Of a stretch of 64,000 nt of DNA, positions 21,571 to 32,448 are shown in pieces; the first letter of the stretch is position 1; the number at the start of each line of letters is the position of its first letter. Made by a program: the position numbers and the translations under genes. The notes under the pieces are model-generated. The model was not told the DNA's origin. It saw only the letters and a program-made list of their open reading frames with translations, and made no database searches. The DNA is from a virus, in IMG/VR virus record IMGVR_UViG_3300023242_000003, positions 35,592-99,591 of that record. One strand, given 5' to 3'.

Positions 21571-24500
21571 TTAATGTTTTCTCACACCACCAAACAACCA
21601 AGAATATTGCCCTCTAGGGTCTTGTGTGTTTCTATAGGCTGTGTGTTGTTGGTTTATTTTAGTGACAGTTTTACCTGTTTCTTTATCTACTGTTGTTATT
21701 GTTGGTTTTGTTGGGTTGGAAGGCATATTAGCACCACTTATCCAACTATTTAAAATAGCTTTGTTTTGTTTTTCAAGTCTCTCCAAGTTTTTAAACGAGT
21801 GTTCAATAACCCATAAAGCCATACCCATAGACATAAGTAAATCATCATGGTAGCCTTCCATATGGTCTGGTCTACCATTTTTATAGACAAACGTTTTCAT
21901 TTCAGAAACCATTCTAGATGAACGAATTTTAACACCGTTGGTTCTAATTTTATATTCTAAATTTGAAATCATAGGTAAACGAACACCAGTGGCGTGGAAA
22001 CCTGGAATTTTATTCTGTTTATCGTATTGAGATAACTCTCTCTGTCTAGCTGAAAGAATTTTACCGTTGGTGTTGTCATAATGTAATAATTTGTAATCAA
22101 ATTCCATAAGTTTTAACACTGTTGATACACCCATACCGCCAGTCACATCGACAACTGTATACGCTTTATACCTTTCACCGTATTCTTCCACAATTTGAGC
22201 CAATAAATCTGGTTGTATTTTACCTTGATACTCCATGACTTGTTCCATTGTTGTAAAATCAAGAATAACTATTGTTGAACTGTCTTCTCCATCACCTCTT
22301 GATACATCGACACCCATCACATATTGATGACCTTCTTGTGGTTCTTCCCAAACCCATATTTCATTTTCTCCACCAAAAGTGATTGCTGGTTCTTTAACGT
22401 TATTTTTTTCTTGGAATTCGATATATTCTTCACTAATCACGTTACCACCAGAACCAATAAATGATACATCTAACTCTTGAGCAATCATCTTGGCATCGTT
22501 ATTCAGACCCATAGACATTTCCTCATACCATGATGAAGTTGGTTTCCAAGCGTCATCTAAACGTTTCTGGTACGACTCAAAAGTAAATTCAACCTCAACC
22601 TCAACCAAATCATCTTTTAACCATCTTAAATCTTTGTTGTAACGTAAATCCTCGTACCATTTCATTTCAATAATATTGAAGTTATTCTTTTTGGTTTTTG
22701 CTTGGTCGTATGTTTTATAGTATAATGAATCCATACCATTGGGTGTTTGATGACCTAATATACCATTATAAATAACGGAATGACACCAAAAATCATTAGT
22801 TTCAGGTAATGAAACATCATATGTTTTGTTTTTAAGTTTTTCTAATTTAGTTATTGGAACCCATTTTGAATCTTTAAAATTAATTTTATCAATTGAATAT
22901 CTGGATAAATCAAGATTTAAAACATTAATAAAATAATCTATAAATTCATTAAAAATATTTACTGATAAATTAGCTGTTTTGTTTTTATTAGAAATTCTAA
23001 TTTTATTAACTAGTAAACCAGTGTTAGATAATTTTTTAACTAATTTATGTTCGTTTATGATATTTCTAATTATATTCTTACCGTTTGGTATTATTCTATA
23101 TCTATTATTATATGATACTAATTTATTTTGGTCTCTTTTTATTTGTTTCCTATTAAATCTAAAACCAATGGTATCGTAATATTTATCCGCATCAATAGAT
23201 GTTGATGAAAGTCTATAATATTGACTACTAACTTTAACTTTTTTAGTTGGTGGTGTTATTCCTTCTGAATAATCAGTTAATATACCAAGATTTAAAAATA
23301 AAAACCTTATTTGTTGAATTAATTTTTTAGAGGACAAATTTATACCTATCCTACCTCTAATATTATCAGAATAACCATCACCATCCATAATACCTTGTAG
23401 CATAGCAATAATATTTTCACGCCCCATTTCAAGTAAACGTTTAGGTATTAATTTATTTGGGGCTTTTAAGGTTAAATCAAACCCCAAATACTCTAATAAA
23501 CCACCTAAATATTTAGATGAAATTTTATAGTGTAAATTATCGTGTGATGAATAATTAAACCCAGCATTAGATATGTATGTACTAACATCATCGCCACATG
23601 TTATCGTAATATCACAACCAACAATAATACCATCAATATTTTTTGGTTTATAACAAGACCCTTCTGATAAATATAAACCAATTAGGTAAGCTAAATCAGT
23701 ATTTATTTTATCATAAACTATTTTTGGTTTATGTTCTCTATTTGAAAACTCATAGGTAAAATCAATAGTATCGTTATTACCAAAAATATTAAACGAATGT
23801 TGTACATTAACATAATCACCAATTTCTAATTCACTAACCGTAAACCAATCATATTTATTTTTTTTATTTGAATAAGACCACAATTTATGTGTTTCAGTTG
23901 ACTCAAGTTCTGAATTAGTAGTTGTTAATTTTATAGTTTCTTGAAAACCATTATTAACAATTAAATTTGATTTCCTAGATATATTATTTCCTCTAATATT
24001 ATAATCTTTAACATAATAACCTAAATTAGGTATATCTGGTTCATTATAATTAATAATGTCTTTCATTTGTTGTAAACCAGTGTCAGTAAAAATAAAAGTA
24101 TCTTCAGTAACACAAGAAATTAAGGTCGCTCGACCCCCAGTATTATGACTTATAATACCGTTTGAAATAAATGAATTTGTTTCTGGTACATGTAAATCAT
24201 AAGTATAATCTTCTGACTCAGTTATAGAAATAATTTCATCAATATAAAATAATTCTTGTCTTTTTAATTGTTCAGTTAATGATAATAAAAAACTATTATT
24301 TGGTAATAAGTTTAATAAACGCTTTAATGATTCGACACTTAATCTATTTAAGTCTGATTCCCAAAATCTTTCTAAAAATCTAACTTTAGTTTTAACTATA
24401 TTATTTATTTGTAAAACTTCTAAAATTTCTTTATTACTTACATTAACAAATCTTGAGTTTTGTTTCTTATTTAATAAAAATTCTTTATTATTTTGTTTTC

Positions 24501-26031
24501 TATCTAATCTGAAACCAATTTCGTCATAAAATTTAATTGCATAATTTGAATATATTTTTAAGTTGTAAATTTTACAAATACGTTTTTTATTTTTTAATAT
24601 TGATGATTTAGATGTTTTTTGTTCTTCATATTTAACATGTGATATAATACCAAAATTAAATAATAAAGTTTGTAGAGTTTGAATTAGTTTTTTAGATGTA
24701 CTTGAATATTTAATATCTTTTATAGTACTCATACCATCACCATCGAACATACCTTGTAAAAATGCTTTAATGACATATTTAGGCATCTTTAATAAAGCTA
24801 AAGGTATTTCTTTATCCCTAGCGTTATGTTTATCCAATCCAAACATTTTAAACCATTCAATTAATTCAGTTGAGTGAAATTGATAATGTCGGTCATCAAC
24901 TTTTTTAAATGCGTTACCTAAACAAGCTTTATCTGTTAATAGAAAATTTGTTATATAATCGTCAATATTTGTGATGGTAATACCTCTTGAATTAAAATTA
25001 CCCTTAGCTACGAATAAACCTAATAAATAAGAAAAATCTAAATTGTCACTAAGCTTTTTAGGTATTGTGATATTTTTATTATTTTTGGTTTTATTGAAAA
25101 CAAAATTTACTTCACTATTATCACTAAAACAATTTTGACCATATTGAATTATTGGTTTGTCACCAATTTTTAAATCGTTCATACGAACCCAATTTTCAGT
25201 TCCATTCCTATCAATTAAGATAGGATGCTTCCAACTCCCCTCTAATTCAACACCTAATTTAGTTTTTATTTTAAATGTTTGACCATATTCACTAACAAAA
25301 GTTTGAGTTGCATCAACAATATCACCATCTTTATTACAAACTTTATGTGGTAACTCCAAATCAGTAAAACCTATTTTATCTTTTTCAGAAACTAATTCAT
25401 TAAGTTGAATTAAACCATTTTCAGTTAAAATTAACGAATCTTTTGTTAAGCATCCTAATGCAGTAAGTGCGGCACCAAATACTTGAGCCCCGTTATCAAT
25501 ATATGCCGCCTCATCCATGATAAGGAATGTCGGTGTAAATCCACGCAATGCATCTTTAGATGTAGCTACGGCCTTTACACGACTACCATTAGGTAATCTA
25601 ATTTCTTTCTTGGAATCGGTTAAAAAAATAGTTTTACCCTCATTTTTTTTGTTCCCGTAATACTCAGTACCCCAAATCCATCTAGGTAATTGATTTAAAA
25701 AGTCTTTAATTTTTTCCAAGAACTCAAAAGCTAAGTCTTGTTTATTGGCAATGATAAGTATATTCTCTGGGTTGTCGGCATCAGCCCAACCCACTTTGAT
25801 AGACATATATGCCGCTGTAGTAGTTGATACACCAGCTTGTCTAGGTTTTGTTACGATATTAAATCTATGTTTTTCATATGCGAGTATGATTTCCTTTTGC
25901 CTAGGAAACAACTTAAAAGGAACGAAACCCTCTTGTGTTTTATCAAATGTTTCCAAATACGTCTCAATAGCGTATGATGTATCCATTAAACCCTTGGTGT
26001 ATTCCTTAAGCATCTCAGTTGTGGTTAACAT
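21571..26031 (-). CDS. terL: terminase large subunit, T4 gp17-like, with two inteins
   Basis: KPRQAGVST (Walker A), LIMDEAA (Walker B), LIS-TPNG after splicing, GVDVSRG, HDDLLM. Confidence 0.95.
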   Translation of the reverse strand: MLTTTEMLKEYTKGLMDTSYAIETYLETFDKTQEGFVPFKLFPRQKEIILAYEKHRFNIVTKPRQAGVSTTTAAYMSIKVGWADADNPENILIIANKQDLAFEFLEKIKDFLNQLPRWIWGTEYYGNKKNEGKTIFLTDSKKEIRLPNGSRVKAVATSKDALRGFTPTFLIMDEAAYIDNGAQVFGAALTALGCLTKDSLILTENGLIQLNELVSEKDKIGFTDLELPHKVCNKDGDIVDATQTFVSEYGQTFKIKTKLGVELEGSWKHPILIDRNGTENWVRMNDLKIGDKPIIQYGQNCFSDNSEVNFVFNKTKNNKNITIPKKLSDNLDFSYLLGLFVAKGNFNSRGITITNIDDYITNFLLTDKACLGNAFKKVDDRHYQFHSTELIEWFKMFGLDKHNARDKEIPLALLKMPKYVIKAFLQGMFDGDGMSTIKDIKYSSTSKKLIQTLQTLLFNFGIISHVKYEEQKTSKSSILKNKKRICKIYNLKIYSNYAIKFYDEIGFRLDRKQNNKEFLLNKKQNSRFVNVSNKEILEVLQINNIVKTKVRFLERFWESDLNRLSVESLKRLLNLLPNNSFLLSLTEQLKRQELFYIDEIISITESEDYTYDLHVPETNSFISNGIISHNTGGRATLISCVTEDTFIFTDTGLQQMKDIINYNEPDIPNLGYYVKDYNIRGNNISRKSNLIVNNGFQETIKLTTTNSELESTETHKLWSYSNKKNKYDWFTVSELEIGDYVNVQHSFNIFGNNDTIDFTYEFSNREHKPKIVYDKINTDLAYLIGLYLSEGSCYKPKNIDGIIVGCDITITCGDDVSTYISNAGFNYSSHDNLHYKISSKYLGGLLEYLGFDLTLKAPNKLIPKRLLEMGRENIIAMLQGIMDGDGYSDNIRGRIGINLSSKKLIQQIRFLFLNLGILTDYSEGITPPTKKVKVSSQYYRLSSTSIDADKYYDTIGFRFNRKQIKRDQNKLVSYNNRYRIIPNGKNIIRNIINEHKLVKKLSNTGLLVNKIRISNKNKTANLSVNIFNEFIDYFINVLNLDLSRYSIDKINFKDSKWVPITKLEKLKNKTYDVSLPETNDFWCHSVIYNGILGHQTPNGMDSLYYKTYDQAKTKKNNFNIIEMKWYEDLRYNKDLRWLKDDLVEVEVEFTFESYQKRLDDAWKPTSSWYEEMSMGLNNDAKMIAQELDVSFIGSGGNVISEEYIEFQEKNNVKEPAITFGGENEIWVWEEPQEGHQYVMGVDVSRGDGEDSSTIVILDFTTMEQVMEYQGKIQPDLLAQIVEEYGERYKAYTVVDVTGGMGVSTVLKLMEFDYKLLHYDNTNGKILSARQRELSQYDKQNKIPGFHATGVRLPMISNLEYKIRTNGVKIRSSRMVSEMKTFVYKNGRPDHMEGYHDDLLMSMGMALWVIEHSFKNLERLEKQNKAILNSWISGANMPSNPTKPTITTVDKETGKTVTKINQQHTAYRNTQDPRGQYSWLFGGVRKH
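22747..24114 (-). mobile_element. terminase intein 2 (456 aa), LAGLIDADG, ends in His-Gln
   Basis: LIS|CVTED...GLYLSEG...QGIMDGDG...GILGHQ|TPNG. Confidence 0.9.
24142..25452 (-). mobile_element. terminase intein 1 (437 aa), LAGLIDADG (first motif degenerate)
   Basis: ALG|CLTKD...GLFVAKG...QGMFDGDG...GIISHN|TGG. Confidence 0.9.
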
Positions 26032-26134
26032 ATTGTTTTTACTAATAAATATGGTGAAATAAAGTAAAATGTCTTATGTTAAAAGACAAAGGCCCCAAAC
26101 GGAGCCCTTAATCAAATATTATTTGTTCAAAATC

Positions 26135-27454
26135 TTAAAATAATTCCCCAAAATCAAAACCTTCTTCATTATCTTCTTCATTATTTGCATCGTCACTACC
26201 TTTAAGACCCATAAGTTCTTCAAAATCAAAACCTTCAACCTCTTCTTCCGAATCACGGTAGTTTTCTTCACCATAATTACTTATTTCATTCATTGTTTCA
26301 TTAAACTCATCTTCTTGTAAATCAGCTTTAACTTCTTTAACTATCCCTTTTATTATGGCTTTACCCTCTTTAGTCCCACCCATAACTTCTCTCATTTTTA
26401 TGTTGAACTCATCAACTGGTAAACTAGCCATTTCAGAATAAATATGGTGTTTTAAGTCAAAATCTTCGGAATCAATTGCGTCAGTAAACTTACCCCATAA
26501 CGCTGGACCTATTCTCATATCCCATGGTTCGGCCGATAAAAAATCGGCTTTATTTATTACAAATTCACCAGTTTTTTTATCTTTAGGTAAACCGTGTGCT
26601 GAAAGTAATTCCATAACACCTTTTACCAATTCATGTATAAGTACTGGAAAAACCATTGCTTGTACATGTATAATAGCTTTTGGGTTAGATTGTGTTGGGA
26701 ATTGAACCCTAACAACACCTCCAGTAGTACCATTTTCCATTTCAGGTATAACATAATACATATAATCAGCAGCCGCCATCATCTTAGCATATTTGCTAGC
26801 TAATCTAGGCTCCATCGCAGTTAATTCTTCGTCAACCATGTGGAACATATGGTTACATTTTTTAGCGGCACCTTGGGTCATTGCGTTAAGGAAACGTCTT
26901 TTATAAACTTCTTTATTTGCTTTAACCATATCTTCATGGTTATTAAACTCCATTTCAGTAGTCATTGGTTTAGGGTTTTTCTTAGTACCAACTAGACTAA
27001 TTCTAGGTGTTAATTCAGCGTGTATTTCAACAATGTCTTCACCCATATCGTATTCTTCTCTAATCATTCTAACAGCTAAATCTTCTAACTTTTTTTTGTG
27101 TTTAGATTCTAACGACATAGATTCATTTACTAGCGGCATCATTTCACCAACTAATTTACTATTGTCAATACTGTCACAGTCAAATGCTCTTTTATATCTA
27201 GTGGCTACCTCGTTAAAACGTTCACCCATTATTTTTTGGTCAAAAGAAGCTTCATCACCTTCTGGAAACACAGGGTGTTTTCCTAAAGAATGTTTACGTT
27301 CAGCTAGTTCACTTTCCAATTGAGGGTGCATTCTTTCGTTAAGCCCATCTGGATATACAACACTTTCATTAAGTTTTGGTTTCTCAGGCTTTGCTGCTTT
27401 AGCTAACTTAGCTTTTCTTAAAGCTTCTTCTGCTATTTTTTTATAATCTGCCAT
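26135..27454 (-). CDS. hypothetical, probable head-associated protein
   Basis: 439 aa, LNES site near N-terminus, acidic tail. Confidence 0.65.
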   Translation of the reverse strand: MADYKKIAEEALRKAKLAKAAKPEKPKLNESVVYPDGLNERMHPQLESELAERKHSLGKHPVFPEGDEASFDQKIMGERFNEVATRYKRAFDCDSIDNSKLVGEMMPLVNESMSLESKHKKKLEDLAVRMIREEYDMGEDIVEIHAELTPRISLVGTKKNPKPMTTEMEFNNHEDMVKANKEVYKRRFLNAMTQGAAKKCNHMFHMVDEELTAMEPRLASKYAKMMAAADYMYYVIPEMENGTTGGVVRVQFPTQSNPKAIIHVQAMVFPVLIHELVKGVMELLSAHGLPKDKKTGEFVINKADFLSAEPWDMRIGPALWGKFTDAIDSEDFDLKHHIYSEMASLPVDEFNIKMREVMGGTKEGKAIIKGIVKEVKADLQEDEFNETMNEISNYGEENYRDSEEEVEGFDFEELMGLKGSDDANNEEDNEEGFDFGELF

Positions 27455-28728
27455 TATTTAATATCTTTTGCTTTGATTGTTTTTATTACTTTCTTTTTCC
27501 TCAACGATTCTAATAATTGATTTTTGGTAATTCTTTTCGTTTCAGCTAGTGCTGCTGGTTCTTCTGCACCATCTTTAGCTATATCTTTAAACGAAGCCAT
27601 CAACGTACTTAATTTATTCAAAGGAACCCCAATTTCGTTGGCCATTGCTTGTAAGAATTGAACTTGTTCTATCGGTTTATCTAGTTTTGACAAAGCTATA
27701 CTAAACTTATCTTTTATTAATTTAGATAATTTTTTAACGTCAGCTTGCAGTTTAGAAGTATCGGTACCATTACCCATATCTTCGGTTTCAACTATATCTT
27801 TTTTAAAATAATCACCTAATCTAAATTTTTTAAGTGTCCTAGCATCCATATAATCTTCACCATCACCTAATTTTTGACCAGAAGTCATCATTTCTTTAGT
27901 GGTTTTAAATCTAGCTGTTACTTTACCATTATCTATGTTAACAAAGAAATGCTTATGCCCCTCTAAATCTCTGAGATTAAGGTAGTCAATAAAACCTTCC
28001 TTATCGTGGTATTCTCTTTCATCGTCAGCAAAGCCGTAACCTTCTTCTTCAATTGGCATACTTTTACATTCTTTTTCTAACATTGGCTTTGCCACTCTAG
28101 ATTCAAATTCTTCAATTGAATGAATCATATTTTCACCAGCATCGTTCATGTCGTCATGACAGAAAACTGCCATTACAATTTGTTTAGATTTGTCAATACC
28201 TCTAATCATTTGATATCTTTTATCTGCAATAGTAAATGATTGTGAAACTTTACCTGTTTTTGAATCCTTAACGTTAGAAAGATATTTGATAGTTGCTTGG
28301 TCTTTTGGTTCTATCACTGCGTTGTCTTCTTTCAAAGAAGAATTGAATAAATGGGCAAATTCAGCGCTTGGACGAAAAGTTGCATCTTGACCTTTTAAAT
28401 CTTTAAGGGTTAAATCATAGTTGGCTAATATTTTTTTAACCATATCCAACGGTATTTTATCACCATACACCATCAAACTAAATAATTCTTCTTTTATATC
28501 TTCACCAAAATTTCCAGCTTGTTGCGCTAATCTACTTAATTGTCTGTCTGTAATGGTTTTTTTAGGTATAATGTCCTCATCTACAATGTTAACGCTGACA
28601 TCATTACCCAATTTTTTTATATTGCTAGTAATATTAGCATCAGTTAAGTCATCTTTTTTGATATTAACCGTGGTTTTGTCAGTCGCCCCACCCAACATAT
28701 TTTCTTTGATTTTATTTTTGTTTATCAT
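27454..28728 (-). CDS. hypothetical, probable internal head protein
   Basis: 424 aa, repeated IKE/LKE/LAE/LLE sites. Confidence 0.6.
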   Translation of the reverse strand: MINKNKIKENMLGGATDKTTVNIKKDDLTDANITSNIKKLGNDVSVNIVDEDIIPKKTITDRQLSRLAQQAGNFGEDIKEELFSLMVYGDKIPLDMVKKILANYDLTLKDLKGQDATFRPSAEFAHLFNSSLKEDNAVIEPKDQATIKYLSNVKDSKTGKVSQSFTIADKRYQMIRGIDKSKQIVMAVFCHDDMNDAGENMIHSIEEFESRVAKPMLEKECKSMPIEEEGYGFADDEREYHDKEGFIDYLNLRDLEGHKHFFVNIDNGKVTARFKTTKEMMTSGQKLGDGEDYMDARTLKKFRLGDYFKKDIVETEDMGNGTDTSKLQADVKKLSKLIKDKFSIALSKLDKPIEQVQFLQAMANEIGVPLNKLSTLMASFKDIAKDGAEEPAALAETKRITKNQLLESLRKKKVIKTIKAKDIK

Positions 28729-29125
28729 AATTCTTTATATTGTATTTTAATATTAGGTCTTTTTCATATAACTTAGCATCAACATCTTCAAGTGTTTCAC
28801 CAAATTTAAAACAAAGTCTTTTTTCTGGATAAGCATCGTAAGCGTTGATGTTTTCCCAAGCCAAGGCAATAACACCATCAATGGCATCCCACACGGCAAA
28901 CGTATCGCTATTTTGAATAACATCTAATTTTAGTTCTGACTCAAGTCTCCCAACATTTTTTATAAAATTATCGTGCGGTGGCTCTGGTCGACCAGATGCT
29001 GGGAATGTGTCCCATTCTTCACCATCAATATTACTAATTGTGTTAGAAAAAATAAATTCATAAATCAGATTGCCTTTATAATCTTTACCAACCATATTTA
29101 CGTATATCAAAAATAAATTATTCAT
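28712..29125 (-). CDS. hypothetical protein
   Basis: 137 aa, overlaps both neighbours. Confidence 0.7.
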   Translation of the reverse strand: MNNLFLIYVNMVGKDYKGNLIYEFIFSNTISNIDGEEWDTFPASGRPEPPHDNFIKNVGRLESELKLDVIQNSDTFAVWDAIDGVIALAWENINAYDAYPEKRLCFKFGETLEDVDAKLYEKDLILKYNIKNYDKQK

Positions 29126-30963
29126 TAATTAACGTAATAGTTTAATTCGTAAGTGTTTCCTTTATCCAAACCTCGGTTATAAACTTGGATAGCTAAAGCT
29201 TTTCTTTGTTCTTTTCCGTCTTTAAATAAACCAATAATGTGACTTCTAGTTTCACCAGATTTTGGTTTACCTCGACCAAATGTTATTTGAGTTTCCCAAG
29301 AATTTTGGTCAATCTCATAACCTTTTGCTTCAACATTCTTACGTGCCGCTTGTACTGCACCAGAATAAGTATCAAAATAAGTATTTTCTTTGTTTTCATT
29401 CATTGCTTTTGGGTCTGGTTGGACCTCTGGCATTGGTAAAAAAGGCTTATTCTTTCTACTTGGTTTAGTTTCACTTGGTTTAACTTCTGGTGTTTTTACT
29501 GGTGCTGTTTTTGGTTCTGTATTTTTCATATCTTCTTGATTAAAAGTCTCGTGTAATTTATTTACAAAATAGTCTTTATCAAAGGTACTACTTTTTTTTG
29601 TATTAATCAAATTTTCACCAACCATTTTTGATACAGGTGTTTTAGACCACATTTTACATGACCAATATTTAGGTGTTGTTCTATCTTTAGCTTGAGCACA
29701 TTTATGTCTAGCTCTAAATGATTTTCTTCTTTCTGGGTCGTCTCTCTTGATTTCCATGTTAGGGTCACCAAAATTAACTTTTATCACGTTTCCTTTTTTG
29801 TTTTTAACATAAACTTTAAATTTTTTTACATCACCTTTAATTGGTTTACCCAATGGTTTTCCATCATATTTACCTTCATAAAGTTCACTAATCTCTACGT
29901 TACCGTATTCGTCTTCGTAACCACCTTCAGTTTCACCATCGTAGTCCATAGAATCATCTTCTATGTTAGACTCAAAGAAATGATATACTTCTTCAATATC
30001 ATCAGCTGAACTAGCAACGTGGTCTACTGCCCATGCGTGACCATTGGCGCACATTTCATCTACTTGTTCTTTATTCATTTCTAATAATTCACAAGTAGCA
30101 TGGTGTATTGTTTTAAGGTTTTGCCAAAACATATAATTCATGGACTCACGACCTTCATAGTTTCCACCTTCGTTTGTTAGTTTATCCCATTGTTTTTTGT
30201 CTGGATAATCTTCACTTCCTGGTTTTGCTGGTGATTCACCTCTTTCTCTTTTGGCTTGTATGTTAGCCCACAAACCGTCACCTTCATTAACTGGGACGCA
30301 ATTAGGTACTTCTTTACCACCTTTTTCTTTCATACCAATTTGTTTATAACCCTTCCAACATGGATTCGCTTCATCTAAAATATCATTAGACCCATCTTGA
30401 AACATATTGTTTTTTTTAGGTGTTTTTAAGAATAAGTCTTTGTTTTCGAATATTTGTAGTTCTTCCAAATTTTCTTCGTCTTGTCCACTGTTAGATTGAC
30501 CATCAGTAGTATCCCCGCTTCCAAACCCATCATCACTATCGTCTGCATTATCGGTATCATCATTAGCGTTATCAATATCAGAACCTTCTGAACCATTATT
30601 CCCAGCCGTATTAATTTTTTTAATTATATCTTTTTTGTCTTCTTCATCCATTTGAGATGTGTTTGTGGCAGATATTAATGAATTGATAGCAAATTTTTCT
30701 AAATCAAAATCTGGTTGTCCTTGTTCTTCTGTATATTTTCTAAGTGCTTGACCTAATTTACCAGTCAATTGTTCGATGAATTTTTTAGGGTCCACCGTTT
30801 CATCAGCTTCTACTCCCGCATCAAATGGTTCGTCATCAAATGGTTTATCATCTGCTGGCGCTGTTTCTGGTTCGGTATTAGCTAAACCATCAAAACCAGC
30901 ATCATCTGCTGGTTCTGTAATAGGTGCAGCTGGAGCTGGAGACGCTGGTGCGTCTAGCTTCAA
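29125..30963 (-). CDS. multidomain acidic protein, probably the C-terminal part of a -1 frameshift fusion with 30990-31706
   Basis: Only a TTG start; frame stays open up to the A10 run of the upstream gene; modules CWKGYKQIG and VNFGDP...FRARHKC separated by xNE sites. Confidence 0.65.
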   Translation of the reverse strand: MKLDAPASPAPAAPITEPADDAGFDGLANTEPETAPADDKPFDDEPFDAGVEADETVDPKKFIEQLTGKLGQALRKYTEEQGQPDFDLEKFAINSLISATNTSQMDEEDKKDIIKKINTAGNNGSEGSDIDNANDDTDNADDSDDGFGSGDTTDGQSNSGQDEENLEELQIFENKDLFLKTPKKNNMFQDGSNDILDEANPCWKGYKQIGMKEKGGKEVPNCVPVNEGDGLWANIQAKRERGESPAKPGSEDYPDKKQWDKLTNEGGNYEGRESMNYMFWQNLKTIHHATCELLEMNKEQVDEMCANGHAWAVDHVASSADDIEEVYHFFESNIEDDSMDYDGETEGGYEDEYGNVEISELYEGKYDGKPLGKPIKGDVKKFKVYVKNKKGNVIKVNFGDPNMEIKRDDPERRKSFRARHKCAQAKDRTTPKYWSCKMWSKTPVSKMVGENLINTKKSSTFDKDYFVNKLHETFNQEDMKNTEPKTAPVKTPEVKPSETKPSRKNKPFLPMPEVQPDPKAMNENKENTYFDTYSGAVQAARKNVEAKGYEIDQNSWETQITFGRGKPKSGETRSHIIGLFKDGKEQRKALAIQVYNRGLDKGNTYELNYYVN

Positions 30964-30989
30964 CTTATATTTTGTTTCGTTTAAGTTAT

Positions 30990-31706
30990 TTACTGTACTT
31001 TTTTTTTTAAAGCATCGATGATGTCGTCCATTGAATCAATTGCTAATTCAATAGATAACCTAGATTCATTAATGTTTTCACTAGCTTTTTTACCAGCTCT
31101 TAAACCAGCTAAATCTCCAGAGTCAATTTTACCGTTTTTGTTAAGGTCTATTTTATCTTGGTCTCCAACTAAATCTTCTTCCTCAAGCATTGCATCAATA
31201 GCTTTTTCAGCTTCGGTTAATTCATCATCTTCAATTTTTTCCTCAAACATTGGTTCGTTTTCTTCCATATTACCTTCGTTAGTAAATCCGTTACCACCAT
31301 ATTGTGAAAAACCAGCAATACCGTTTTCAGTCAACAAGTTGTCGTTTTCAAACACATTGATATCGCCACCTTTACCATAAGCTTCAGCTAATGATTTAAA
31401 GTTTAAGTTTAAATGTTTAATAGCCTTTGCGTAAGACGAATAAGCTTCTGATTTTTTATTTTGTAAACCACCAATGTAGTTAAAATCTTCAGCTAACAAA
31501 TTAGATTTTTTATTAGATACTTTAATAAAGTATTCTTGATTTTCTCTTACAATAGCGTAAGACTTACCATCTGGACCAATCTTCGTTAATTCAATAGCTG
31601 ATTTTGATGTGTTTTCATTGATAGACGAAATTCCCATCAATTCTCGCATACGTTCGTTGATTTGGTTTCCTTTAAGACCCATTGGGTTTATGTTTAAGTT
31701 TTTCAT
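30990..31706 (-). CDS. hypothetical head protein with EF-hand/dockerin-like loop
   Basis: DLNKNGKIDSGDL; INE/LTE sites; late motif upstream. Confidence 0.65.
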   Translation of the reverse strand: MKNLNINPMGLKGNQINERMRELMGISSINENTSKSAIELTKIGPDGKSYAIVRENQEYFIKVSNKKSNLLAEDFNYIGGLQNKKSEAYSSYAKAIKHLNLNFKSLAEAYGKGGDINVFENDNLLTENGIAGFSQYGGNGFTNEGNMEENEPMFEEKIEDDELTEAEKAIDAMLEEEDLVGDQDKIDLNKNGKIDSGDLAGLRAGKKASENINESRLSIELAIDSMDDIIDALKKKVQ

Positions 31707-31751
31707 ATCTTATTTGTTTTTATTTATAAATATAATAGTTTTTATTAAAGA

Positions 31752-31997
31752 TTATCTAACATCAAGACTACCTAGTGTAACGTCTTTATTATCACCCATT
31801 AACCAACAACCTGTACCACCACTAACGGTTCTTACCCAAATAGGTATACTTGAAGAAGAACCTACGTTAACAACAATGCCGTTGATTCCGATAATACAAC
31901 CAGAAGCACCACCATAAACTTCGGTGTAAGTATGTGCGGTCATATTTGGTGTTTGCGCTGGAACTATAATGCTATGTATATCATTAATTTTTGCCAT
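31752..31997 (-). CDS. small hypothetical (structural?) protein
   Basis: 81 aa, preceded by late motif. Confidence 0.6.
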   Translation of the reverse strand: MAKINDIHSIIVPAQTPNMTAHTYTEVYGGASGCIIGINGIVVNVGSSSSIPIWVRTVSGGTGCWLMGDNKDVTLGSLDVR

Positions 31998-32082
31998 AAT
32001 TCTTTTGTTTCTATATAAATATTCAACAAATTAAAAAAAGCACCATAACGGTGCTTTATTTAATTTTATTATCGGTATTATG

Positions 32083-32382
32083 TTAAAATAACAACGCAAA
32101 ATAATATGCAAGTTTATAACCAAGAAAAGCGCCTAATGCCGTTGGTACTGGGAATATAATAAATTTAGCCAAACTTGTTACATATTTAGGTCTATTAATA
32201 ACCTTACCTACATAAAAGTAATAGATTAAGTAACCTATTAGGACCATTATATCTATTTTTTCTGCAATGAAAACTACTAGTATTGAACCTAAAAACCCAT
32301 AAACCGTATTTTCTAAAATAGCTTGTCTAATTTCTTTAGAGCTAGTCTCTCTATATTCTTTTTTTATTTTTTTTAAACTCAT
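32083..32382 (-). CDS. membrane protein
   Basis: About three hydrophobic segments. Confidence 0.65.
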   Translation of the reverse strand: MSLKKIKKEYRETSSKEIRQAILENTVYGFLGSILVVFIAEKIDIMVLIGYLIYYFYVGKVINRPKYVTSLAKFIIFPVPTALGAFLGYKLAYYFALLF

Positions 32383-32448
32383 AAGTTTTATTAATTACTT
32401 AAAGTTGCTTTAATTGCTGGGTCCACCTCACTAAACTCTTTCATTAAT

